A DNA stretch of 64,000 bases from the human T2T-CHM13v2.0 reference genome, Homo sapiens. The notes under the pieces were generated by a model, which was given only the letters and a program-made list of their open reading frames with translations, was not told the origin of the DNA and did not search any database. Position numbers and translations under genes: made by a program. Numbering within the stretch: the stretch's first letter is position 1; the number at the start of each line of letters is the position of its first letter. The DNA is taken from the NCBI RefSeq assembly GCF_009914755.1, contig NC_060925.1. One strand, written 5' to 3'. Below, piece after piece: positions 42,237 through 56,367 of this stretch.

Positions 42237-43627
42237 AAGATTTCCAAAAACTCTTGGGGCATGGAGTGACATTTTTTGTGATCACTTTTCCTTATGAATT
42301 CCTGCTCCAGCTGAATTTGGGCACTTTCACCTGCCTGCTGACAATGTTGTCCTCTTATCACATCACTCTCATTCATGGCAAGCGGGCCCCTTCTTTTCTT
42401 CTTTCCCCAAAGACTCCCAGGACTTAAGGTCATTTTGCCTGGAAGACTTTAACTAAAGGTCAGGGCAACATAGGATTGTGACAGCACCACTCGGACCAGG
42501 AAGTGCTGAAAATCGTCACACTAGCGTGCCCAGCACCCTTTTTCCTGGCTGCTCTGCCTCCCAGAGCCCTGCCTGCAGCCATTTCTCCCTTTCCCCAATC
42601 CTTTCCCTCCATCTCTCTACTGCCCTCCACCTCTCCCTGAAAATATCTGATTACTGTTACTTTATTATACAAAGGAAATTTAACTCTTTTGAACAAACAT
42701 CTCCATTCTGGGCTATTCTCACTCTGAGATCAGAGAAGGAGCTGAGAATTGGATCCTCAGCTGCTTTTCTTAACCAAAAAAGTTGAACAAAGTGTTTATT
42801 CCTCCACAAATGAGTGAAGCACCTCTGTGAGGAATCCTGCTCCCCCCAGAATGAAGAAATATGGCAATCATTTTTTACATTACATTTTTTTCTTCCTGTT
42901 ATACATATGGTAATACTATGAGGTGGATATTAGCCCTTGCCCCCTTTTTTTTCAGATGAGGAAACCAAGGATGGAAAAGGTTAAAAAAGTAATCTGCTCA
43001 AAGTGACATAGCTAACATGTCAGAGCTGGACCCCAAATGCAGGCATGTCTGACTCCAAAGCCAGAGGGGGTGACCACGACACCATGTGGCCGCTCGGTGC
43101 AGCTCAAGCAGGTCTGAAGTGGGTTGCATCCCCAGGGTGAATCTTACTCAGGAAACCTTTCACGGGGGACACTGTATGGGTCAGAGGAAGGTGAATTGAT
43201 TGACTGAAGGCCAAATACATTAAAATAGAGTTAGAGCTAGGAATAGCTACCTATGTATAGCTTCATGTCTGAGACCCAAGAAGAGATGTTGCTATTAATC
43301 ACTGCTGAATGATTACCCTGATTGCTTCATTTGTTGATGCTGCAGTTGCTGAATTTTACTGTGCTCTATTCAACCTTGAGTAGGGCCCCCCTCTCTAGGA
43401 AGCTAAGGCAGATTTTCTTTTGCTTGTGGAGTGCTGACTTCACATGTAAAACTGCCAATGACAAGTTGGTTGCCCATTGATGTCTAAGAATGCTAGCCAG
43501 GTAGCTGAAGCTCTTCTAAGAAGCTCAATAAATAGCTATGGAATGAATGAAAGAATGTCTCACTTTAATTTGTCAGTTCTCTTTCTAAGGACTTACCCAA
43601 GGCAGTGGGGGCTGAGGGGTGAGTTAG

Positions 43628-44094
<467 letters not shown>

Positions 44095-44099
44095 AAGAA

Positions 44100-44405
44100 T
44101 TTTCTTTTTTAAAGACAGGGTCTCACTGTGTTGCCTAGGCTGGAGTGCTGTGGTGCGATCATGGCTCACTGCAGCCTTGACCTCTTTCCTGGGCTCAAGT
44201 GATCCTCCCACCTCAGCCTCCTGAGTATCTGGGACTACAGGTATGCGCCGTCACACCTGGCTAATTTATTTTTATTATTTTTTATTTGCATAGAGACAGA
44301 TCTTGCTATGTTGCGTAGGCTGGTCTTGAACTCCTGGCCTCAAGCAATCCTCCTACCTCAGCCTCCCAAAGTGCTGGGATTATAGCCATGAGCCACCATG
44401 CTAGC
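44100..44405 (-). mobile_element. AluJ-type (tandem with the AluY)
   Basis: GACAGGGTCTCACTG...CTGGGCTCAAGTGATCCTCCC. Confidence 0.92.
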
Positions 44406-44856
44406 GGAGAAAATTATTTAATATATCACTGGTGGAACGGTCAGGAGGATTTTGCCATATATTAGCAATGTGACTTTGGCTTTCTCATACCTAAAATTAG
44501 GATTGTGATACTCATTGTACTTTTCCCCTCAATAAATGTGATAATGGAAAAATTACAGCTTTTCTAATTTGCCCTTTGGCCTACTATAATCTGGTCTCTG
44601 CCCTCCCCCACTCTCCTGACTGCTTTCACCAAGGTTATAAATCACCTCTTTGTTGAAAATTCCAATCCTCTGCCATTCAGTAGTATTAGCCACCGTATTC
44701 CAGGCTGTCTTCCATGACATATTCTCAAGATCCCAGGCTCATGGTTCTCCTGTCTCGACATATTCCCTTCTAACTCACCTTTGAGGCTTGTCTGTGTTCG
44801 TTATCTGTTGCTGCATAACAAATTACCCCAAAATTCAGAAGCTTAGAACAACATGG

Positions 44857-45568
<712 letters not shown>

Positions 45569-46827
45569 TCACGCAGTTTCTTAGGGTCAGCAATCTGGAG
45601 CAATTTAGCTGGGTGGAATGGCTTACCTGAGTTGTCTCGCTTGGGATGTCTCATGAGATTGCAGTTGTACTGTTTATGTATTTATTTGTGTTTAATTTAA
45701 AACTTTTTTTTAAAGGATACTCTTCTAAGGTTTTCCAAGCTTCCTCACATGGCTGTTGGGAGGAGGTTTCAGTTCTTCCCCACATGGAACTCCCTGTAGC
45801 CTACCATGACATGATAGATGGCTTCCCCCAGAACAAGGGATCCACAAGAATGAGCATGTAGCAAGCCTAGATGAAAGCCACAATGTCTTTTATGATGTAA
45901 TCTCAGGAGTGACATGCCATCACTTCCACCCCTCTTGTCTGACAGGCCAACACTGATACAGTGTGAGAGGGGCTGACTACACAAAAGCCTGCCTGTGAAG
46001 AGGTGGTGTCATGGGCCACCTTGGAAGTTGTCTACTCCAATATCCTTCTTTGCTGACCCTGAAATGTCAGTGTCCGCCAGGATTTCATCCTCACACCTCA
46101 TCTCTTCTCATTCTCCACACATGCCCTTGATACTCCAGGGTCCCCCAGTACCTTCCATTACCATCTAGATTCTAAAGACACCCATGTCTGCATCTTTACC
46201 ACATTTCCCTCTCAAAAACTTCAGGGTTGCACGTTGCCTGTTGGAGCCCAGAGCACCTCAAAGTCCACACACTCCATAACGAACTCATCATCCCTCCAAT
46301 TCGATTTCTCCTCTTGCACTTCCCTCTTGGGAAGGACAGTGCTGTCTACTCTGTTGCCAGGCAAGGAACCAGAAAGTCACTCCCTTTCTCTCATATCTAA
46401 TCAGTGATTACCAAGACTTTTTAAAGTTTTTTTTTCTTTTCATTTTTTCCCCATCTTTTTATTTTGAAAATTGTCAAACCTACAGAAAGGGCTGGAAGAA
46501 GACTAAAATGATTCATCATTTACTAGATTGCTTTCATGTAGATTCAAAATTGCTAATATTTTGTCTCATATTTGCTTTTTCTCCCCTTTCCCTCTCTCCA
46601 TATATATTTTTTTCATAATACTACTAAGATGCTATTTACCTTTTCACTCTTATTATCTCACAGATATACTGTGTATGTGTGTGTGAATATGATGGACATT
46701 TGAAAGTAAATTACAGACATTATGGCCCTTCATCCCTAAAGATTCCTGTGTGCATCTCTTAGAAATAAGAACATTCTCTTACATAACCAAAATGCCATTA
46801 TTACACCTAAGAACCAAATCCAGTTGA

Positions 46828-47176
<349 letters not shown>

Positions 47177-47429
47177 ATATGTCTCCGGTTTAGCCACTTT
47201 TCTTCAGGCCACAGTCTTCCTACCCTTCAATAATGCAATCACCTCCTAACCCTGACTGGTTCCTTCTTCAGTCCATGCTCCACACTGAAGCCAGAGTAAG
47301 CTTTCTAAAATGCAAATCTGATATGTCACTTCTCTACTTCAGACTTTTCAATGGCTCTACATTACCTTCAAAATAAAGAATAAGCTTTACATGACACACA
47401 AAGCCTTCATCATCTAAATTCATCTACAG

Positions 47430-47900
47430 CAGTACACTCCAGGAGAAATAAAATGTGAACCACGTATGTCATTTTAAATGTTCTATTATCCACATTCTAA
47501 AGATTTTAATAAATATAGCTTAAATTAATTTTAAAATACATTTTATTTAACCCAATATATCAAAAATATTATCATAGCAAAAAATACTCAATATAAAAAC
47601 TATTAATGAAATATCTTACATTATTTTTTTCTAAGTCCCCAAAATCTGTCATGTATTTAACATATACAGCATATCTCAATTCAAATGCTAAATTTTGAAG
47701 GGTTAAAGTGAAATGTATTCCTACCAAAACTATAAGGTCATGTTTAACAACAACAACAAAACATTTTATGAGGTTCCAGTTTTTAAATTTGAGTTTATTA
47801 AATTACATATAGCTGGAAGTCCTGTCTCTCATTTGCACTAGCCACATTACAAGTGCTCAGCAGCCACATGTACTTAGATGCTACTGAAATAGTAACATAT
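47430..47900. mobile_element. MER33/MER3-like hAT element
   Basis: GCACTAGCCACATTACAAGTGCTCAGCAGCCACATG motif. Confidence 0.7.
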
Positions 47901-47904
47901 CTAG

Positions 47905-48720
<816 letters not shown>

Positions 48721-50499
48721 GCTGGTGTAGAACCTGCCTAACTCTCCAGTCTCATGGCTTGTAATTTCCTCTCCTCTCTCTTATATTCGACTTGAACTTC
48801 CAGTTCCAGACAAGATGGAGTGGACACACTTTTTCTTATGCCTCCTGTTAACTAACTCTAAAAACCCTGGACATTATATATAAGTCAAACATAGGGAGAC
48901 TCCGATATGTAGAGAGAAGAAGGCAGAATTGGGAGGGACTTTTGGACTCAAGGAATGACATGGCACCAGGGTGGTATCAGCAGAGATCTACTGGGAAGCC
49001 TGAACTTCTAACCTGGGCCAGCAATAATGAGGTACCCCCTTCACCCCATCCCACCTCTCTGCCCTGAAGGTGTCAACAGCTGAATGGGGAACCTGGACCC
49101 ACCAGTGTGGTATCAAAGGAGGGGTGCTAAACAGAATCTTTCAATAAGATCCAGTCTTTCAACATAAATCCCAAATTTCCAGATGCAATTAAAATCACTG
49201 GTAATACCAAGAACCAGGAAAATCTCAATTTGATTGAGAAAAAACCATTAACAGATGCCAACATTGAGATGATAAAGATGTTGAAACCATCTGACAAGAA
49301 TTTTAAAACAGACAGCCATCATAAACATGCTTTAATGAGCAATTGCAGCATGCTTGAAACAAAAGAACAGAAACACTCAGCAAAGAAATAGAAGGTATAA
49401 AGAAGAATCACATGCTTTGCTTGAGCCTTAAAAGAATCACTCACATTTCTGGAACAATCACCCTCACTTTGCTCCTGGGACAAGGCTTCTTCCTCTCTCG
49501 GGAACACCCATATCTCTCCTTTTCTCCTCTTTAACTCCTGCTTGACCAAAGGATCAGTCCAGACGTCACTTCTCCTGGGAAGCCTTCCATGGTCTTCCAC
49601 GGCTTCCATGCCCCTCCCACTCAGAGCTTCCTATACCATAGCACTTACACTCAATGCATATTGTTCTGTCATCTGTCCCTCCCACATCCACCCAATGTAA
49701 AGACTTGACAGAAGGGACTATGTCTTATCCCAGGTGCCTGGCATAGTACCTGGCTTATAATAAGCACTCAAATATTTTTTGAATAAATGAATAAATTAAT
49801 GAATAAATGGAAACTCTTCTGTGGCTCCTCTTCTATTGGATAAAATTAAACTCTGTGGTTTAGCTTTAAACACCCTACACAAACTGTGACACCCGGATCT
49901 TTCTGGTACTCGGCTTCCCTTAACACATTCTACTTCTCTGTCATACCAGAAAACACATTGTCCTTTGACAGTACCTTATCTTTCCCCATCACTACATATT
50001 GTATGTACTCTTCTATCAGTCTCAAATGTCCTTACTCATTACTATCATCAAAATCGTATTCATTTTTACAGGACCCACTCAGAAACCACCTGTTCATGAC
50101 CCAGTCTCAGATCTTCTCAGCTGGAAAGGGTCCTGCCCACATCTAGATACAAAGCACTTCATTTAGTCTTTCCTCGTGTTATTTCTCACTTTCTGTTGTG
50201 CATTTTTTTTCTTGCTTCTTTGTTTAAATGTGTGTTGTATTATCCCCAAGATTTAAACATTTGGGGTTCAAATAAACTCACATCCTATTCATCTTTGCCT
50301 CTGCCACTGTGCACGTAACACAGTCCCTTGTTATTCTCTGAGTTTCAGTTTCTTTTTCTGAGATAATAGAACCTACTTCACAGGGTTTCTGTGAATGTTA
50401 AGTAAAATATGCTATTTAAATATTGGCACCATATCTCAATTTTCATACAGTAAGCACTCAAAAACTGTTAGCTACTATCATTGTAAATATGATTATTAT

Positions 50500-51240
50500 T
50501 TGAAGAAATAAATAGACTGAGCAAGTCCTGTTACCTCTACTTTGAAACCACTTTTTGAATTCTGCTTGATCTCATCACTGCCAATATGATCACCTGCTCC
50601 CAGCCATGATCGTTCTTCTTGCTACGGTCTCCTTCTACTTTCTTATCCCTCAACCTCTATTCTCTACTCAGCAGCCAGCATGATCCTTTTAAAACATAAA
50701 GCAGATGATATGACTTCTCTGCTCAAAACCCTCCAGTGGCTTCCCAATCTACAACTAAAAAGGCCCCATGTAGTCTGACCTCCTGCCTCTCCCCACCCCC
50801 ACTCACTGACACAACCTCATGGCCATCTTGCCCCCTGCCATCTGAGGCTTTCTGCACTTGGCAGCTTTTCATCATAGGGCTTTGCACTTGTCCTTTCCCC
50901 TGTGTGGGATAATCTCTCCCAGCTTGGCATACAACCTGCTTCTCCACTTCATTCAAGTGAAGCTGTGCTCTCCACTGTTATTTTTCTAAAAGTAACCACC
51001 ATATGTAAAATACCAACCATTATTCTCAATATATTTTATGTTTTTCATAGCTCTCAATCCTGAAAACACATGTATATACTTACTGAGATGACATTGTTTA
51101 CTGTCCTCTTCTGCTAGAATTATAAGCTTCATGAGTGTTTGCTGTATCCCCAGTCTCAAGAACAGTGTCTGGCACATAACAGATGTTCTGGCACATTTCG
51201 CGCAGTGTCTGGCACATCATAAGACTTGATGAATGATTGA
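50500..51240 (+). mobile_element. L2 3' region
   Basis: CTCAAAACCCTCCAGTGGCTTCCC, CTAGAATTATAAGCTTCATGAG, CAGTGTCTGGCACAT, GAATGA tail. Confidence 0.75.
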
Positions 51241-51984
51241 ATGGTGGCTGGAAGCCTCTTCGATGGGGGCTTTAGGAAGAGAAGCAGCATCCTGTTGCAC
51301 AAAATCGATGACCTATTACTGGTTTTGTGTGAAGAGGAAGTGTGGGATTAATCTACCTAGAAGGGATGAGATGGAAGTGATCTATTTATCTGGACTTAGA
51401 TGGTATTCCCATTTATCCATTCAGATGAAAATCTGGCTGAAGATAATTCCAGATATGCTCTCCATAGTCAACAGTGTAATACCCTACAGCTAATTTTCCT
51501 GGGCTCACTGTGGGCGCCGAAGAAGCCGAACCTCATGGCCTCCTGTGATCTTTGTCCTGGGGCTCCTCCAGGACCTGCTTGGCCGGCCAGGCCTAGGATA
51601 GCTTATGTTGATGAAATGCTCCAGAAGTGAAGTCCCAAACCTATCTTCACACTGCCACACTGGCTTCATGACATCCAACTGGAGTAACACGGAGGACTCG
51701 GCAGAAGAGTAGGATGATATGATGGAAGGGAAAACTACAGATTCAGGACTTTGGAATTCTGGGTGATTGGGCAAGCCACCTCCCTTCTCTGAGCCTTAGT
51801 TTGTCTTTAACTATACCATAAGGGAGTTTAATTAAATGTATCTTTAAAGTTCTCTTCAACAGTGACGTTCTATAGTTATATGAGCTTTGTGTACAAGAGA
51901 AATTGGACTAGAGGGTGGGGCAGCCAGGGAGAGAAGCCCAACATGGAGGCGATTGAGCTGAGGCTGAGCAGTAGGACCTCAATA

Positions 51985-52003
51985 AGGCCAGCAGGTGGCG
52001 CCA
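51985..52003 (+). promoter_or_regulatory. Candidate CTCF site
   Basis: AGGCCAGCAGGTGGCGCCA matches CCASYAGRKGGCRS core fully. Confidence 0.7.
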
Positions 52004-53282
52004 TTGCTGTACCAGGACGCTCAGGCCCACGGTGGGAAAGTTGGATTTTTCCAGAAAGCAGGCAAATTCTTCAGGGCAAGCTGTCCAGCTGTCAGAGGGA
52101 ACCAGCTGCCCCACCCCACCCCGCAATACACACACAGCCCTTCCTCCCAAAGCATACATACACATTCCAGCAAACTCAGGGTGAGATGCATTGCAGGTTG
52201 CTAGGCCTGAAGCTGGAGGTGCATCCAAGTTGCCTTTTCCTCTCCTCCCATATTTCCTAGGAATCTGAACCCTGAACCCACCCCTCCTACTTGATGTCCT
52301 AGCTGGGACAGACCCTCACTGGATCACTCTCAAGGCAAGATGTGCAACTAGATGCAAGTGGGCTGGACTTCCCTACTGATTACCATCGTCTTTTGCTCAT
52401 CATCCTTTGCTCCAACCCTCAAGGCAGCCATCGCCTTTGAGGGAAGACTCTGAACCTCATCATTTCGCCTCCCCTCTGTCCTAGGGAAGAACCTATGATT
52501 AGAGGAGTTGGAGAAAAGCAAGAAGGAGATGGGGGTGGAGGAGTGCTGAAGGGAAAGGTCTGGCTTTATGGAGATAAGAATGGAAGAATCAACCTTTGTT
52601 TGGCCCCAACTGCCTCTGCCACTGTCGACACACTTGGGAGTGTTTCCTGGAGCTCCTCAGCACTCCCTCCCCAACTTCCTATGGCCTGGTAGGGGTGGGG
52701 TGGGGGTTGTTTTGGAAGCTGGGGGGAGGTACATGCTTACAGATTTTTTTTTTAATTAGGCTGCTGTCTTAATCTTGAGGGTGGAAACCAGCCCCCTCCC
52801 TGAGTTGGCTGCCAGGTCTCTAGAACAACAGTCCCCACATAGTCCTTCACTGTGTCTACTCTGACCTGGGGGGCTGGGGAGGGGGGTGGCCTGATAATAA
52901 AGGGTGCACAGGACATTGCCCCTTCCCTTTGTTTTGCATATTTTGCAGCAGTGATCAGCATGCTCCTCTTCTCAGAAGGGTGTTCATGAAGGGTACAGCT
53001 CCTAAGAACCCAACATACCACCCTCCATTTGGAAGCTCCCTGGTACATTCGGGTCTGCCTTTCTACCACTGGAAATGGATGTTTCCTCTCCTCATGGAGG
53101 AGAATAGTTGGCAGACTTGGCTAAAGGTCCTTAGCATCCTGGCTGGTGCCTGTGTCTGCTGAGGTGCTCCCTCTTCCCTGGCTGGTCCTCCCCACCACAT
53201 CACTGCACAGTCTAGCTAGGTCTAATGGAGGGTGTCACTCTTGCATGCAGACACACCCAGCTAAGACAGAGTCACATAACAG

Positions 53283-54483
53283 ATGTGTTTCAGTATCACT
53301 TTAATTGCAGTATTTAAACACATCACTTTGTATTCAGAAAAAATATCTACCCAATACTCTCTTCTCTGGAAATTTCTATTTCCAACCGTCATTGAAACCA
53401 GGATCCCTGCTCAACCCCTCTGGAAAGAAATCAACAGCAAACAAGGACCTGGGTCACCCACAGAAGAGGCAGCTGGTGATAAGGGTTAGGAGCTGATCTG
53501 GGCTATGACCATATGGGGGTGCAGAGCAAGGAAGGGGCTCAGGGTGAGGGAGGCAGAGACAGAAAAGCATCTGTTGGGGGACTGAGGCAACAGCTCAACC
53601 CAGGAGTCGGCAGGAGGGAGGAGGAAGCCATGGAGATCAGAGGATAAGGCTAGGATCCAGCCTCAGAGGAAGAGGATTTTTCGGAAGAGTACAGGTGAGA
53701 GGCTCAGCTCCAAGACCTGGTCCCATGGTCCTGCCTACTTTGATCCAGAGGGAGAAAAAGGAGCCCAAAAAGAGTTTCTGTGTGGCCCCAGAGAGACTAG
53801 AACTGAGCTGTTTGTCCTAAAACTTGGGAGGCCTGTTCTAGGCTCCAGCCAGAAAACTGTGCAGGACTCTGCAAATGGTAGAGGGGGCACATGGAGCTCA
53901 GTGGAACTTAGAGAACAAGGGAGGAGCTGGTGACCAAGTCCACAGTGTCTTGGAGGAGAGATGAGGGAAGTGGTTCAAGGCAACACGTTTTTCTGGCTAT
54001 ATCATTACAAGAGAGCAGGTGCAAAAGGTTACTTTGGTTTCCTCAAAGTAGAGAAAGAAAATACAGGGAAGAAACGGTAAAAATCAAAGCTTCCTGGGAG
54101 AAAATTGTAGCCTAGAAAAGCTCATCTTTCCCCTGGGGGTTCCTGTATTGCGGCAGAGAGGAGGGGGTAGGGGAAGGGGGTCCTGTGTGAGTGCTGCAAG
54201 GCCATCAGTTGTTCCTGGGAGCTTCTCCAGACCTTGGCTTTCCCCCGTCACACGTTTACCCAAAGAAGACCAGAGTCTGGCTCCAGGGAGCCGAATGTGT
54301 AAAGGACAGGAGTTTACCTGCCCCTCCTCAAGGTGTAGGGCCCCAAGAACAGCCTCTGAGGTGTGTGCAGTGGGGAAGGGTTGGGCGTAAGAGATGTCAC
54401 CTCCAGCATGGGGGTAGCACGTGGTCAGATGCAGAGAGGGGTGCTCTCTCGGACACTGCCCAGCCTTGCCCCACCTAGCCGAG
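53283..54483 (-). other. CD34: CD34 3' UTR (proximal poly(A) form); 3' end approximate
   Basis: Between TGA (54484-54486) and ATTAAA signal. Confidence 0.8.
53300..53305 (-). terminator. CD34: CD34 poly(A) signal ATTAAA
   Basis: TTTAAT on + strand, ~1.2 kb after the stop; TG-rich sequence follows on the minus strand. Confidence 0.7.
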
Positions 54484-54669
54484 TCACAATTCGGTATCAG
54501 CCACCACGTGTTGTCTTGCTGAATGGCCGTTTCTGGAGGTGGCCTGGCCGGTCCCGTTTTCCTGAGCCCCTCGGTTCACACTGGCCTTTCCCTGAGCCTC
54601 AGGGGAGGTCCCAGGTCCTGAGCTATAGCCCTGGCCTCCACCGTTTTCCGTGTAATAAGGGTCTTCGCC
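54484..54669 (-). CDS. CD34: CD34 exon 8 coding part (cytoplasmic tail [11 protein letters not shown]...HVVADTEL*)
   Basis: Acceptor TCTAG|GGC; 186 nt = 61 aa + TGA; matches the human CD34 C-terminus. Confidence 0.98.
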
Positions 54670-54849
54670 CTAGACAGTGTATAAATAAAGTAGCATTATC
54701 TGGTAAGCAGGGCTGTGAGACACTGGATGGGAGAGGGGCCCAAACAGGAAGTGGGGGCAGGGGTGGGAGAAGGGGGAGGGGGAGGTGGGAGGAAGGATCG
54801 GAGGGAGGGTGCAGCTGCATGTGCAGACTCCTTTCTTCCTGAAGAGTGG

Positions 54850-54864
54850 TCAGGGTTCCAGCTC
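54850..54864 (-). CDS. CD34: CD34 'exon X' alternative acceptor encoding ELEP* (truncated isoform)
   Basis: CTCTAG|GAG CTG GAA CCC TGA, 195 nt upstream of the exon 8 acceptor; known CD34-T C-terminus. Confidence 0.93.
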   Translation of the reverse strand, partial: ELEP

Positions 54865-55427
54865 CTAGAGGAGAAAGGACATAGGAGAGGCACCACACCA
54901 TGCCACCGCAGCTCGGCAGCCAGCTCCCGCAGGAAAACGGGCAGTTCCAAGAAGGGTGGGATGACCTCCCCAGGGTAGGGGACAGGCCAGAGGCCAAGAT
55001 TCAGACCTCAGCCTTGTCCTCCCTCATCCAGAATGGCAAATGGGGATTCTCCTTCCGTATACCTCCTTTTGAGCAAGGGGGCACCCACTGGGCATTTAAC
55101 ACGGTTGCAAATACAGTGTGGCTGATTAAACAGCCTGTTCTGGTGGCCCCAAGCTGAACTATCCCAGAAAACATAATGAATAGATGACACGAATCATCTG
55201 CTACCACACCGAGTAGGTGGGCTGGCACCATTACTGTCCCCTCCCCAGTTTGCTACATAATATTTTGAATCTTCCACCGATTACTGTGTGTGCACACATG
55301 CATATCTTTATGTAAGCTCACAGAAGGGCTTTTTCTAGTATTTCTCCTCCTGCTCCATGACATCCACTGAACTCCCCAGAAACCCACTATCTTCCTCATT
55401 TCCTTTACCCTGGCCCCCAGAACTGAC

Positions 55428-55592
55428 CAGCCTTTCTCCTGTGGGGCTCCAGCTGCGGCGATTCATCAGGAAATAGCCAGTGATGCCCAAGACAGCCAGC
55501 AGGGCTCCCGAGGTGACCAGTGCAATCAGGGTCTTTTGGGAATAGCTCTGGTGGCTTGCAACATCTTGCTCAGTGAAATCTAGGATCCCCAG
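55428..55592 (-). CDS. CD34: CD34 exon 7 (transmembrane exon [11 protein letters not shown]...[34 protein letters not shown])
   Basis: TTTTCAAG| acceptor, |GTCAGT donor, 165 nt = 55 aa. Confidence 0.98.
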
Positions 55593-55906
55593 CTTGAAAA
55601 GAAGACAAAGAAGATACAGCCTGTCACTTGCCAAAAGTGGAGCCCAGCCCGCTCCAGCCCCCTGTGTGTGACTCAACAGTGAACAGATGCTTGAGGGCAT
55701 TGACCTCAGGAATTTTTGAAATGGGATTTGAGACTGACGTCTCTTAATTCAGTCATACCCCACCATTTTTGGTTCAAGACTAGAAAGGAGAAGACTCAGA
55801 GAAGGATGGTAGGTAGAACTGGGGAAGATAATGACTTCCCCCCTTACTCCAGGGAGCCCCCCTGCCCCGGCATTCCCTCTCAGGCCCATCATCTCAGAGG
55901 ACTTAC

Positions 55907-55959
55907 CTTTTTCAGGTCAGATTGGTGCTTTTTCATAAGTTGGAGTTTGCTGGAAATTT
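55907..55959 (-). CDS. CD34: CD34 exon 6 (EISSKLQLMKKHQSDLKK)
   Basis: TTCTAG| acceptor, AAG|GTAAGT donor, 53 nt; phase continues from exon 5. Confidence 0.97.
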
Positions 55960-56210
55960 CTAGAATTAGAAACAAGGGTTGCTAAATCTAAAGAGAAACC
56001 AGCTTATCCTGCTCCACCCTCCCATGCTGTTCTAGAAGATGCTCTGATGGCCAGGGTGGTCCATCTCGGGGGGACCGCTCCCAAAGCCAGCCAAGTCCTT
56101 CTCCCCAGCACCTGTGGTCTCTCTGGATCTAAGATGCCCCATCTCCACCCAGGATTCTCTAACCTCAGCCCTACTCCTTCCCTGTTCCCCCAGGCAGAGG
56201 TGCACCTTAC

Positions 56211-56367
56211 CTGTTCTGTTGGCCAAGACCAGCAGTAGACACTGAGGCCTCACCTCAGACTGGGCAAGGAGCAGGGAGCATACCTGGGCCCCAGCATCAG
56301 CATCAGCCTGCTCCTCCCCACACAGCACTCGGGCCAGGCCCTCTCCCCTGTCCTTCTTAAACTCCGC
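56211..56367 (-). CDS. CD34: CD34 exon 5 ([20 protein letters not shown]...[11 protein letters not shown]), Cys-containing globular domain
   Basis: CCCAG|GCG acceptor, CAG|GTAAGG donor, 157 nt; exons 1-4 lie beyond the right edge. Confidence 0.98.

Noticed and set aside
54684-54689. AATAAA near CD34 exon 8
   Set aside because: It is on the + strand. On the CD34 strand it is part of the exon 8 polypyrimidine tract.
54363-54842. 159-aa + strand ORF antisense to CD34 exon 8
   Set aside because: Non-ATG start; shadow of GC-rich coding sequence; no independent support.
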